From Octopus sinensis (taxonomy: Eukaryota): a DNA stretch of 64,000 bases. The stretch covers positions 7,812,001-7,876,000 of the forward strand of contig NC_043020.1 in the NCBI RefSeq assembly GCF_006345805.1, in the 5' to 3' direction. The notes below the pieces were generated by a model. The model was not told the DNA's origin, did not search any database, and was given only the letters and a program-made list of their open reading frames with translations. The position numbers and the translations under genes were made by a program. Positions 11,895 through 23,210 of the stretch are shown here, in pieces (the stretch's first letter is position 1; the number at the start of each line of letters is the position of its first letter).

Positions 11895-12110
11895 AAACCT
11901 CAACAATATTTCAAATATCGGTGCTTCGTTGTACCATTTATTTACTTTTATGTATAATTTTACCCTCACTGGCTGTTCTGTACTGGAAAGCAATACTCTC
12001 GTATTGCATTACTATTTTCATATATAATAATATATATATACATAATAAACTGTTCTGTGATAGAATGTTCAACAAAAAAAGTACTCCGTCAGGTGAGAGA
12101 TAAATATGAT

Positions 12111-12310
12111 TTATTTAAAGAATACAATACATGTATTAAAGTGCTACAAATAGTTTCAAATGTTGAGAAGACTTAAACATATTCTTCAGGTGCTAACCAT
12201 ATATCATAACGTTATGATATGTGTTTTGTACCTGAAGAATATGTTTTAGTTCTCTCAACATATGAAACTATTTGTAGCACTTTAATACATGTATTGTGCC
12301 CTTCAAATAA
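12111..12310. mobile_element. 200-bp palindrome whose two arms each carry a hammerhead relic
   Basis: Centre ATATCATAAC|GTTATGATAT; right arm GTAC-CTGAAGA-ATATG..CATAT-GAA-ACTATT-T-GTAG (12228-12277), mirrored in the left arm. Confidence 0.7.
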
Positions 12311-12376
12311 GTAATATATATATATATTCATACACACACACACATTATATATAATTTCTATGTGTGTGTGTATAGA

Positions 12377-12593
12377 TATTGTTGTAGAGCTGAAAAAGAA
12401 GTAATTTCTACTCTTCTTCTCTGGAAGCCATCTACTCGCAATACCAGAGGGCGCACACTCTCCTACCCTGATGTAATCTCCAGGGATACAGGCATCCAGC
12501 AACAGGACCTCCGTAATGCCATGATGGACCGTGAAGTCTGGCGTAGCATGGTAAATTCCATTGTCTCGACCACGGTCGAACAATGATGATGAT
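12377..12593 (+). mobile_element. RTE-clade LINE 3' fragment
   Basis: Encodes CCRAEKEVISTLLLWKP..RGRTLSYPDVISRDTG..LRNAMMDREVWR, an RTE-type RT C-terminus; (GAT)n tail; second copy at 24592-24880. Confidence 0.8.
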
Positions 12594-13754
12594 AGATATA
12601 TAGGGAGAAAGAGAGCAGAATTGGCATATATCCCATCTTCTCCTAACAGTTATCCCACCTCTAGAACTCCTTCCTTTCCTCATCATCCTTGCTCAAACTG
12701 TTTCTCCCAATCACTTCCTTTCTGTGCCTTTTTACCTTCAGCCACTACCCTCTCTCCCTTCTGTTATACTCCTTACTGAACACCCCTCTACTATCACTCT
12801 CAATGCCCTTTCATACCTACCATCATGCCCCACATGCTATGGCCCCTTTATGTAACCCTTTATCTCCCTCTCCACTGCTCCTGTACTCTGCACATCATCC
12901 CACTAATTTCTGGTCTCTCTTCTTTCCTGAGTCACTCCTATACCTCCCACCTTACCCCTCTACATCCTGGTATTTCTCATCATCTGCACCCTCATCTTTG
13001 TTCATCACTAACTACATTAACCTCTACCTCTGCCTGTTTATTCCCTCCTCACACTCTTCTGAAAGCATTCACACTACCATCCGCTCCTATCACCCACTGT
13101 CCATATATACATCCTCTGTTAAGCTCACCTACTTGCGCCTTAAGAGTTTGTTCTAGCACCCCATCATTACCTTTCCTCTATCTCCTTCAGTTATATATCC
13201 CCTCTATAGCAAGACACCCATGCTTGTTCCTCTCCCATACTTTAGCCTTTCAGCACCTGGCATAAAGATACCCACATTCACCTCCTCCTCTCAAATAATT
13301 CCACTTAGTTGTGGAAGGTTTTTCCTTTACCTTTTTCCTTATTCTTTCTTGTCTTGCAAGTTATATGGCAACCTCACTAGTGTTGGTGACACAAATGTAA
13401 AGTGGTTGGTGTCTTGGAATGGCATCCAGCTTTAAGATGACTTTGGGGCCTAACACAGCCCTGCAACTTGTTGGTTCCTCTCAAACCATCAAACCCAGCA
13501 TGGAAAGCAGACATTAAATGATGATAAATGAATCTGTAACCTGAGGTCATTTCCTGTCCTGGTTGCATATTTGCAAAATACAATCTCGTTAGCTCTAGTT
13601 GATTACTTCGTTTATATTTTTGTGTATAGATGTTTGTTTGCATATATAATATATATGTTCTTAAAATTTAAATCCACATCTTTGTCTGTATATCTACCTT
13701 CTCTATAATGTTGCCACTTGATTTGAAAATTTTTTTATTAATGGAAAACCTCTA

Positions 13755-13878
13755 TAATTGGCTGATGAGTGCTCAGCATCTTAAATCTGTTGTAATACTT
13801 ACAACATTTAATAAAATGATGTAGTACAAAACGATCGTGCCAAATTACCAGAGTCATTCTTGTTGCTTATTTTGAGTA
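13755..13878 (+). ncRNA. Degenerate hammerhead with long loop II in a PLE-like fragment
   Basis: TAATTGG-CTGATGA-GTGCT...AGTAC-AAA-ACGATCGT-G-CCAAATTA (G12A and H17=G changes); same family as 8060-8265. Confidence 0.55.
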
Positions 13879-13935
13879 TATACATACATATATATATCAT
13901 TTGTAGAAAACACTCTAAGATGTAGAGCAGTATAT

Positions 13936-14090
13936 ATTAAAAATGGAGAAGGCCGGTTTATGTAATTACCCGGGGTTTCCCCTTCCATAAAGGGTTTAGC
14001 TTTATGACATATCATTGGACCCCAAAACCTGTTGGCCTAAGACCTCTAAACCCAGGGTAATCCCATAAACCCGCCTTCTCCATTTTTAAT
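13936..14090. mobile_element. Fold-back MITE with ~43-bp imperfect TIRs
   Basis: ATTAAAAATGGAGAAGGCCGGTTTATG... / ...CATAAACCCGCCTTCTCCATTTTTAAT. Confidence 0.8.
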
Positions 14091-14777
14091 GTATGTATGT
14101 ATGTATGTATGTATGTATGTATGTATGTATGTATGTATGTATGTATGTATGTATGCGTATGTGTGTGTGTATGCCTGTGTATTATAATTTTGCCCTTGAG
14201 AAATTATCGTTTAAATCCCCCTCCCTTTTCTCCGAGTGATTTTAGAATTTCTGCTAAGATTGAATTTATGATGGAATTGGTTTATGACAAATTCGGTCAC
14301 TTCTAAGTTTAGATTGAGTTTTTGCTTGTGTGTATGTGTTTGTATGTGTGTAGTTGCATGAATGTATCTGTATGCGTGAGTGTGTGAATATGCCTATATT
14401 TGTTTATACATGTTTGTGTGTGTAACTGTATGTGCATGTATGTGTGTGAGGGTGTGTAAATATTTTTTTAAATGTATGTGTATATGTATTTACATGAATA
14501 TATTTATGTGTATATATATGTGTGTGTGTGTGTGTGTGTTCGTTCGTGTGTACATGTATGAATGTGTCTGGGTGAGTGTATATGCAGGTGTGAGTGTATG
14601 TACTTATTTGTGAGTGAATGTATGTTTTTGTAGATGTAAGTGTATTTGTGTGTGCATATATAATTGTATATGTATTTGTATGTGTATTTATAGATGTGTG
14701 TGTGATCGAATGTATGTATGTGTGTGTGCTTGAACACACAAACACACACACACACACACACAGAGACACACCCACAG

Positions 14778-14824
<47 letters not shown>

Positions 14825-15129
14825 CATACATACAAACACACATACATATATGTATATACATATATATATTCACTTACATGTGTGTGTGTGGTGGTGTGGT
14901 GGTAGTGTGTGTGTGGGTGGACAAAGGTTAAGAAGAGAACTCCGAATTCCTGACTTTGGAAAGCTACATAGGATTGTAGCGAAAAAGAATCAATAAAAGA
15001 ATGAAAAAACAAACAATCAAACAAACAGATGATGGCTGCGGTTATAAATTCTAAATATTCTTCACTCCAGCCAAGCAACTAGTCTTTGAATAGCTCAGGT
15101 AAGAGACTGCTGCTGCTGCTGGTTGTGTT

Positions 15130-15960
15130 ACTGCTGTTGATGGTAGTGGTGGTAGTGGTGGTGGTTATTGTTCCTGCCGCTGTTGTGACTAGTGCTGATC
15201 TTGATGGTGGTGGTGGTGGTGGTGGTGGTGGTGGTATTGTTCCTGCTGCTGTTGTGACTAGTGCTGATCTTGATGGTGGTGGTGGTGGTGGTGGTGGTGG
15301 TGGTGGTGTGTGGTGGTGGTGGTAGTGGTGGTGGTGGTGGTGGTAGTGGTGGTGGTGGTGGTGGTGATGGTGGTATTGTTCCTGCTGCTGTTGTGACTAG
15401 TGCTGATCTTGATGGTGGTGGTAGTGGTGGTAGTGGTGGTGGTGGTGGTATTGTTCCTGCTGCTGTTGTGACTAGTGCTGATCTTGATGGTGGTGGTAGT
15501 GGTGGTGGTGGTGGTTATTGTTCCTGCCGCTGTTGTGACTAGTGCTGATCTTGATGGTGGTGGTGGTGGTGGTGGTGTGGTGGTGTGGTGGTGGTAGTGG
15601 TGGTGGTGGTGGTGGTGGTGGTGGTGGTGGTGGTGTGGTGGTGGTTATTGTTCCTGCCGCTGTTGTGACTAGTGCTAATCTTGATGGTGGTGGTGGTGGT
15701 GGTGGTGGTTGGTGGTGTGGTAGTGGTGGTGTGGTGGTGGTGGTGGTAGTGGTGGTGGTGGTGGTGGGTGGTGGTGGTGGTGATGGTGGTATTGTTCCTG
15801 CTGCTGTTGTGACTAGTGCTGATCTTGATGGTGGTGGTAGTGGTGGTAGTGGTGGTGGTGGTGGTGGTATTGTTCCTGCTGCTGTTGTGACTAGTGCTGA
15901 TCTTGATGGTGGTGGTGGTGGTGGTGGTGGTGGTGGTAGTTGTGGTGGTGGTGTCTGTAG
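15130..15960. repeat. Composite minisatellite: 8 copies of a 39-nt core separated by variable (GGT)n
   Basis: Core TATTGTTCCTGCYGCTGTTGTGACTAGTGCTGATCTTGA counted 8 times. Confidence 0.9.
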
Positions 15961-16959
15961 AGGTGGTTGCTGGTGGTATTGCTGGCGATGCTAGTGTTTC
16001 CGTCACTTTGCCTTCACCACTATTGTTATGATGATGATGATCATCATCATCATCATCATTGCCACCACAACCACCACTGATGCTAGTGCTGGTGTCCCTA
16101 CCATCCCCTCTGATACACTGTCATTACCACCACCACTACCACCATTTACTCTACCACTGTTAGAATTTTCATCAGCTTTACCACTTCCCTACTACTGTCC
16201 CTACTGCCATTTCTACAACTATTGGCTCCACCATCAACACCACCATACAACAAGGGAGTTCCTACGCGATCATTCAACCTGCTAGAAATAACAGCTGACA
16301 TATCTCTCAAATTACACTCTACTGCCTTAAAAAAGATAAGATGTATATGTTAAGGGCAATGCGGTCCTGGATACATTATAACTTTAAAGGAAAGATTGAG
16401 GGATCACTGTTTGAATACCTGTTGATCGTTGGCTGTCTTATACCGAGCTAAACAGAGGTTAAATAAAAACTACGTGATAACTGCTACTGCTTGTGTCATC
16501 ACCATTATTGTCACCATCACTGTCGTCATCACTATGTCCCAGCCAATGTGAGAGCCTCTACATGGTTGCCGGACTTGCCAAAAACAGTAGCCAAACCTTC
16601 CTTGAATTGTACCGTTTTTTTGGAAAAGAAAATATATACTTGCCTATGTAGCCTTAAGCATAACATCCCTAAAAAAAGGGGGATGTCATAGTTAGGCCTT
16701 TCATCATCGATCTGCTCTTTTGGGGTTGCTTAAGGGTGGGGACTAAGCAATAACAAGGCATTGAGGGAGCTGCTATTTTAGTTGCTTGCCTTGCTAGAAA
16801 TAACAGCCAAATCTTCCTCAGATCACAAATCACCCTTTAAAAAGAAAGTAAAGAAACTTAAGGTAATAATGTCCCAGATATCCCTAAAAATGACACGATG
16901 ACCCTTGGCTGGAATGTTCTTTGTTCATATGCTTGTTTGATCATGGTCTTTGGGTTAAA

Positions 16960-17400
16960 CAGCAATTTCAACACCACCACCACCACCATCACCACCATCA
17001 ATGTTAATACCATCATCATCATATCACTACCAACCACCACACCACCACCACTACCACTACCAGTCCTAGCAACACCAACCACTATTAGCATTATCACCTC
17101 CAATACCACCATTACCACCACTGCCATCACCACCTCCACCACAATCACCACCATACCACCTATCACCACTATCATTCCACAACCATCTAGCAATACCACC
17201 ACTGTCATCTACCACTACCACCACCATCCACACTGCCATCTATCACTATTTCCACCTATCACCACCATCACTACTACCACTATTGCCACTACCATCTATC
17301 AACACCACCAGCATTATCATTATCCTCACCACCACCACCACAACCACAACCACCTACCATGACCACCACTACAATCACTCTCATTATATAACCACCGTGG
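16960..17400. repeat. Degenerate (CAC/CAT/TAC)n low-complexity tract
   Basis: Direct reading; source of Thr/His-rich pseudo-ORFs. Confidence 0.85.
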
Positions 17401-18354
17401 TTGTTGCTGTCTTCACCAGTGCAGTGCTACTGTTGCTGTTCCAGCTGTAGACTATATATGCAATTTTGTTAGCTATGTATATATTCTATTTTATATCTTC
17501 CTCTAAATAGAATCCTTCCATATCTATATTTAGATGGATTCATCTATCAATTCATTTATATTTACACATTATTCCATATATGCTTGTTTAACATTCAGTT
17601 TACAATTAAAATTCTTTGAAGGGCGGCAGCAGTGAAGATGGGTGGGACAAATGGTAAGAATTGCTAAGATGTTGTAGAACAAAACGACTCTTGCTATTTA
17701 GCAGTAGTCTTCTACATTGTGAGTTCAAATCTGTGTCTGTGTTGGTTTTTATCCTTTGGCTGTTTTTCTTTTAGGGTCTTAGTTTTTCTGTTCCGTTCTT
17801 TCAGTCAGATGCTTGGATCGATATAAATAGTTTAAAACTCATCTCTTCTTCCAAATTTGTAGTTGTATCCTTGTGTCTGTTAACTAAACTCCCTAATTAC
17901 TTAGCGGTTTGGCAAAAGAGACCGATAGAATAAGTACTGGGCTTACAAAAAAGAATAAGTCCTGGGGTCGAGTTGCTCGATTAAAGGCGGTGCTCCAGTA
18001 TGGCCGCAGACAAATGACTGAAACAAGTGAAAGAGTAATTCTTTTCAGAGTAGTGGTTGTGGATGGCAAGAATTGGTAGAGGGTTAAACTGCATTCCTTT
18101 ATCCCTTTTCATTCTGAGTTCAAATCCTTCCCAAATTAACCTTATCTTTCATCCTTCGAGGGTCAGATGGAAGCTGTTAAGATTTAGTATTAATCAAGTA
18201 CTAGAATTGATATAAGGGATTATATGCACCCCCCCCCCTCGTGTGGCATAGTGCTTCTTTTAGAAACTGTAATTCTTTAAGGTTAATGGTTGAATGGTAA
18301 ATATTGTGGAGAATTGAATTAGGGGCCTTTATATTCTGAGTTGGAACACTGTTG

Positions 18355-18590
18355 GGCAGGATCAACTTTACCTTCCATTCTTTAGGGGTCAGTTTTGCCT
18401 TTTATGGTTTTGGAATCAACTTTGCCTATAATTCTTTTGGTCATCTTTTGTGCATATAGAGTCAACCTTGACTTTTATTATTTTAGGGTTCAACTTTTCC
18501 ATTCATCCTTTTAGAGGTCAACTTTTTCTCTTTTTTGAGGTCAACATTGCCTTTCATTTTTTTTTTTTAGTCAAATTTCAGCTAACCTTC
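18355..18590 (+). repeat. Degenerate ~28-30-bp minisatellite derived from the SINE A internal segment
   Basis: Roughly 7-8 units resembling GGTCAACTTTGCCTTTCATCCTTT. Confidence 0.6.
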
Positions 18591-19369
18591 TTGCAAAACT
18601 GTAGTATACAACTTGAATCAAGCATTCATACACTTCCTTTTCTGTATGTGTGTGCACGAAAGCACGTGGCCTAGTGGTTAGGCTGTTGGGCTTACAATTG
18701 CAAGGCCATAAGTTGCAATTCTTGGAGCTGGCAATATGTTGTATCCTTGAGCATTATTCACCATTATACATTGCTCCAGTCTCTTTGGCTGTAAATGTGT
18801 GCCAAACAGCTGCTGTGCTGGTGCAGCTCTCTCTCTCTCCACCAGATCGTGTGTGTGCGTGTGTGTGTAGGAGGGCATGGAGGAGTCTATGTTTTGTTTG
18901 TATGAATCTTAAGGTGAATGTGTTTAAGCATTGTTGCTTGTTGTCTGCTATGAACACCTTTTCAGTCGTTCACAGTCTTGTATAAAAGGCAAAAAGCAAA
19001 GACCCTCTTTGGTCATGACTGACCATGAGATTGCACTTAGAAAGTTACCCTCCAAGGCACAAGTCCAGCCAAGGTTGTTTATGGAAGACCAGCAGTCATC
19101 CATGCATACCGGCCTCCCCTTTACATGGCACTGATGTTATCCGAGGGAAAAGTAAAGACTGATACAACTTGGTACCAATGACGTCACAACTCATTTCTAC
19201 TGCTGAGTGAACTGGAGCAACGTGAAATAAAGTATCTTGCTTAAGAACACAACACACAGACCAGTCTAGGAATCGAACTCATTACCTCAGCAAAGCCTTG
19301 TATATACAAACAGTAAATAATACATTTGCTGATTTGCATAAATTTTGGTCAAACTAGAATTAACTAACT

Positions 19370-19690
19370 CAGTGGTTCTCAGCTGGAGTCCATACAACCT
19401 CCCTTGTGATCCATATAAGATTTGGGGGATTCCACTCAAGCAAGATAATAAATTGGTTCCATGAAAAAATTTTGCTTTAGATGTTTTTATTGCAAGAAAT
19501 GGCCAGGTTTCTTTCTCTGATGTTTTACATAATTCGGCCCACACACAAGTGAATGTGTAATAAATAAAATAAGAATTTTGAAAGACGTATCTATAAAACT
19601 AGTTTTTAAACATCAAATGGTTATAGGAGTTCACCAGAATAAAATAGTAATCAAAGGGTTCCTTCAATGAAAAATGGTTGAGAACCACTG
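19370..19690. mobile_element. hAT (Buster/Charlie-type) MITE
   Basis: TIR CAGTGGTTCTCA; 8-bp TSD AACTAACT/AGCTAACT (nnnTAnnn). Confidence 0.85.
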
Positions 19691-19751
19691 AGCTAACTAA
19701 AGTTACACACACACACACATACACACAACAACAATAACACACATGCATGCG

Positions 19752-19784
<33 letters not shown>

Positions 19785-20424
19785 GCAAAAAAGAAATATA
19801 AGAAAATTATACAATTTTGTCTTTGACATACCTGGATTAGTTCTCTGTTAAAACAATCAACTTTAATTAGAGCTACCAAAATATATAATTCAGAAAATCG
19901 GTTTGCAAAAAAATTTTTTGCAGTCTGCAAATTATGTCAAATTGATTTCTTTTTCATTCATTTAATGATTTCTAATCAAGGCATGCGTGGGACATGCGAT
20001 TTTCAAAAAGAAGTTTTATTTAGTGCAAATTAGAAGAGCAAGGTACTTTGATGTTCATGCAATAATCAAGAAAAGAAAAATCAAAGGTGATGTCAGTTCT
20101 AGTTTGGAGAGTAAAAAGAGCAAGACTGAAGACTGAAACCTTTGACGTTTAATCTTTTACTTGTTTTAGACATTAGATTGCAGCCGTGCTGGGAAACCAC
20201 CTCGAATGAATCAACCCCGATTCCTATTTTCCTTTTTCAAAGCCTGGTACTTATTCTGTCATTCTCTTTTGCCAAACCACTAAAGGAAGAGTGAAAAAGA
20301 TCCACGAAGAGGAAAGGATATATAGACATGAGAAGTGTTGGAGAATTTCATAAAATATAGAATTTTTGATGGATGCAGAATGCTGACAGCTAGCAACTGC
20401 CACAGGTAATGCTTTACAGATAGA

Positions 20425-20812
20425 GGTGCAGGTGTGGCTGTGTGGTAAGAAGTTTGCTTCCCAACCACATGGTTCCAGGTTCAGTCCCACCACATGGCAC
20501 CTTGGGCAAGTGTCTTCTACTATACCTGATTCCCCCTTGTTTATTGTGTGGGATGCAGTTGAGCGAGAGATCAACAGAACTCCTTGTAACACCAAAGTGT
20601 GTATTTGTTTTAGTGTTCTCCCCCCACTGCTTGACAATTGGTGTTGGTTTGATTATGTTCCTATTTCTTTGCAGTTTGACAAAAGAGACTGATTGAATTA
20701 AAATAGACCGATATACTTAAAATAAATACTGGGGCTCAGTTTGTCTTGACTGAACCCTATAAGGCATTGCACCAGCATGGCCACAGTCTAATAACTGAAA
20801 CAAGTAAAAGAG
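20425..20812 (+). mobile_element. SINE family B, older copy
   Basis: GCAGGTGTGGCTGTGTGG head and ACTGAAACAAGTAAAAGA tail. Confidence 0.75.
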
Positions 20813-21731
20813 AATAAACAAAAGATTAAAAAAAAGACCCTGAAATGTCTCTTTGTTCCGCATTAATTTTCTCCTGCTCGTTAATATGAAAATTTCAAAT
20901 TTTCTTCGTTATGCTTGATTAAGTAATAATATGATTCCATCTTCCTTTACCAATTCCAATCTGTATTCTATGCCATTTATTACAACTGAACTGTTTTAGA
21001 GTCTTGACCTAGATTAAAGAAATATCTCAAGTTCCAGGCACATTTTAAGACCAAAAAAAAAACCCAAAACATTTTTTCTTCTGCAATGGACTGAGGTGGG
21101 TAGGGAAGTGTATTCAGGATTTTTTAAATTTTGTTCTTGCTTTTATAAGTCTTCTTTACACCTCTTTTGTTGTTTATATGCAAGGGGGTAGGAACCTGTT
21201 GCTTCTGGGTTTCACGAATCGGAAGGGGGAGGGTCGGTCAGTTCTTTCATTTATTTCATCTTTATTTCATCTAGTTTCAGCTCACGAGCTGTGGCCATGC
21301 TGGGGCATCGCCATTTGCTGGGGCACCGCCATTTGTTAGTTTTCTTTTGTGTTTTTCTATTGATTTTAATAATTTGCTTTTGTTATTTTGGTTTTGTATG
21401 TTGTTGTTAATTGTTTGTAAATTGCTTAATATATCAAGAAAAAAAAAAACAAACAAACATCTTTAGTTTTTGCTGTTGTATTGTTTTCTTCTCTCAAGTG
21501 AAGTGTTAAAAAAATGTGTCTGTCTGTTTGTTTATCTGTCTGTCAATCTCTGTGTGAATCTTTCAATGCATGTGTGCATACTTTATTCTAATTTCAAGGA
21601 AACATTATTACATTATTAATAATGCAATGTGCAGCTAATGTACAGCACATACATAAACAAATCATTGGTGCAGGTCAATCAGCAAAAAAGCTAAACACTC
21701 ATACGTCATCTATGACAGGGAAGTCCATAAC

Positions 21732-21765
<34 letters not shown>

Positions 21766-21911
21766 ACGCACACAATAAGGGCAAACGAAAAAACTTCTAA
21801 TGCCAAATATGCCGAAAAATTGGACATATTGTCCATTAACCATATAATTTTTTCACAATACGCACGCTACTCAAAAAAATATCGACAGAAATTTTTAAAA
21901 ATTCCATTATT

Positions 21912-21975
21912 ACCATATTGGACCGATTTCAGGGTTAGCTCATAACAGCCCTCCCTTCGTCAGTGATACATGTGG
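21912..21975 (-). ncRNA. Hammerhead relic with intact core and CpG-decayed stem I
   Basis: TATCA-CTGACGA-AGGG..CCCT-GAA-ATCGGT-C-CAATA; restoring CpG in both stem I strands gives TATCG/CGATA; GUC triplet. Confidence 0.6.
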
Positions 21976-22444
21976 CAAAAGAAATAAATGAGATACTTAC
22001 TCATACCCACAGAAGAAGCAAACAATAAGTCATGAGCACAATTAAGTACCCCAAATACATCCAAAATAGAAATACTCCAGCCCATTCGAGACACGTGCGA
22101 TTTGAACTGAGGCCCTCACAGAGTGAGAGAGTCCGGAAGTGAATGCTTAAATTTATATCTAATGTAGGATAAAATTTTTTTAGAAAAAAATATTAAAATA
22201 TTAAAATATTAAAAAATACCTTTAAAGGTTAAATTTATAAACAATTCATAAATAAGGGCAAACAAAAGAATTCCTAATGCCAAATATGCCGAAAAAAATT
22301 TGGTGGTGGTGATGATGATGATGATGATGATATGTCCCACATCATAATGTCTTTTGCCACTCTCTCTTTACTCCCCATTATCCTCTTTCACTACTTTAAT
22401 TTTTCTCATTCAGCTTCCTGTGGCAGAGTAACCTCTTTACTATT

Positions 22445-22482
22445 TCTTTCTGAAAATGGACAAATGTTCGAAACGTCGTCAG
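22445..22482 (+). ncRNA. Degenerate hammerhead relic
   Basis: CTGAAAA-T-GGAC-aaat-GTTC-GAA-ACGT-C; G8A change and stem I lost. Confidence 0.4.
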
Positions 22483-23171
22483 CAGATTATTATAATTTTT
22501 TTTTTTTTTTTTTTTTTGGTTTTTACATATTCTGTTTTATTTACTCCTCACAGCAAATTTCTTTCTTTCTTTCTTTCTTCTCCAGCACTTTTCTATGTGA
22601 TAACAGCTGATTGATATAAACACACAAATCAACAATGCTCCGACACTGAGCTGAGTGCTTGTCGGGACAGTTGATAATAGTACAATAACATTGATGATGA
22701 TGAAAGAAATGTAAATAACACGCGCGCACGCACACACTCTTGGAGAATGGCGTGGGGGGCAGCAGCACGATATATCGCTTCTTTTTTTCCTGTTGCTTTA
22801 AAGAAAGAAATATGTCCTCCCCTTCCTCTTCGTTTTTCTTCCTACCTCCATTATACTTGCCTCCTCCTCCTCCTTCTCCCTCGCCTCGGCTGTTCTTTCA
22901 ATGGCGTAATTACTTTGGTTTGTTTAGTGTTAAACATTTGTCATGTAGCCAAGAATTTATTTTTTCATTGCAGTTGTTGTTGTTCTCTGTTATTGACATT
23001 GTTGTTGTTGTTATTATTATTATTATTATTATTATTTATATCATTATTATTATTTTCTCATTTATTCACTTCAGTTCCTTCTATGTATTCATCCCTTGCC
23101 GCCAGCATTATAATCTGAAAAAACCATCATCATCATCATCATCGTCGTCGTCGTCGTTGTCGTCATTGTTG

Positions 23172-23210
<39 letters not shown>

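Larger units (their letters stand above)
11627..11956 (-). mobile_element. 330-bp element with perfect 44-bp terminal inverted repeats, carrying a hammerhead and splice-like signals
   Basis: 11627-11670 is the exact reverse complement of 11913-11956 (TATACATAAAAGTAAATAAATGGTACAACGAAGCACCGATATTT). Confidence 0.85.

Noticed and set aside
12620-13350. Overlapping 146-155 aa ORFs in a CT-rich tract
   Set aside because: Open frames arise from pyrimidine bias; no domain is recognisable.
15130-15960. CRISPR-like repeat-spacer array
   Set aside because: Spacers are (GGT)n rather than unique sequence, the context is eukaryotic, and no cas genes are present.
19970-20135. 57-codon open frame ending KKRKIKGDVSSSLESKKSKTED
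   Set aside because: No recognised homology and no linked exon.
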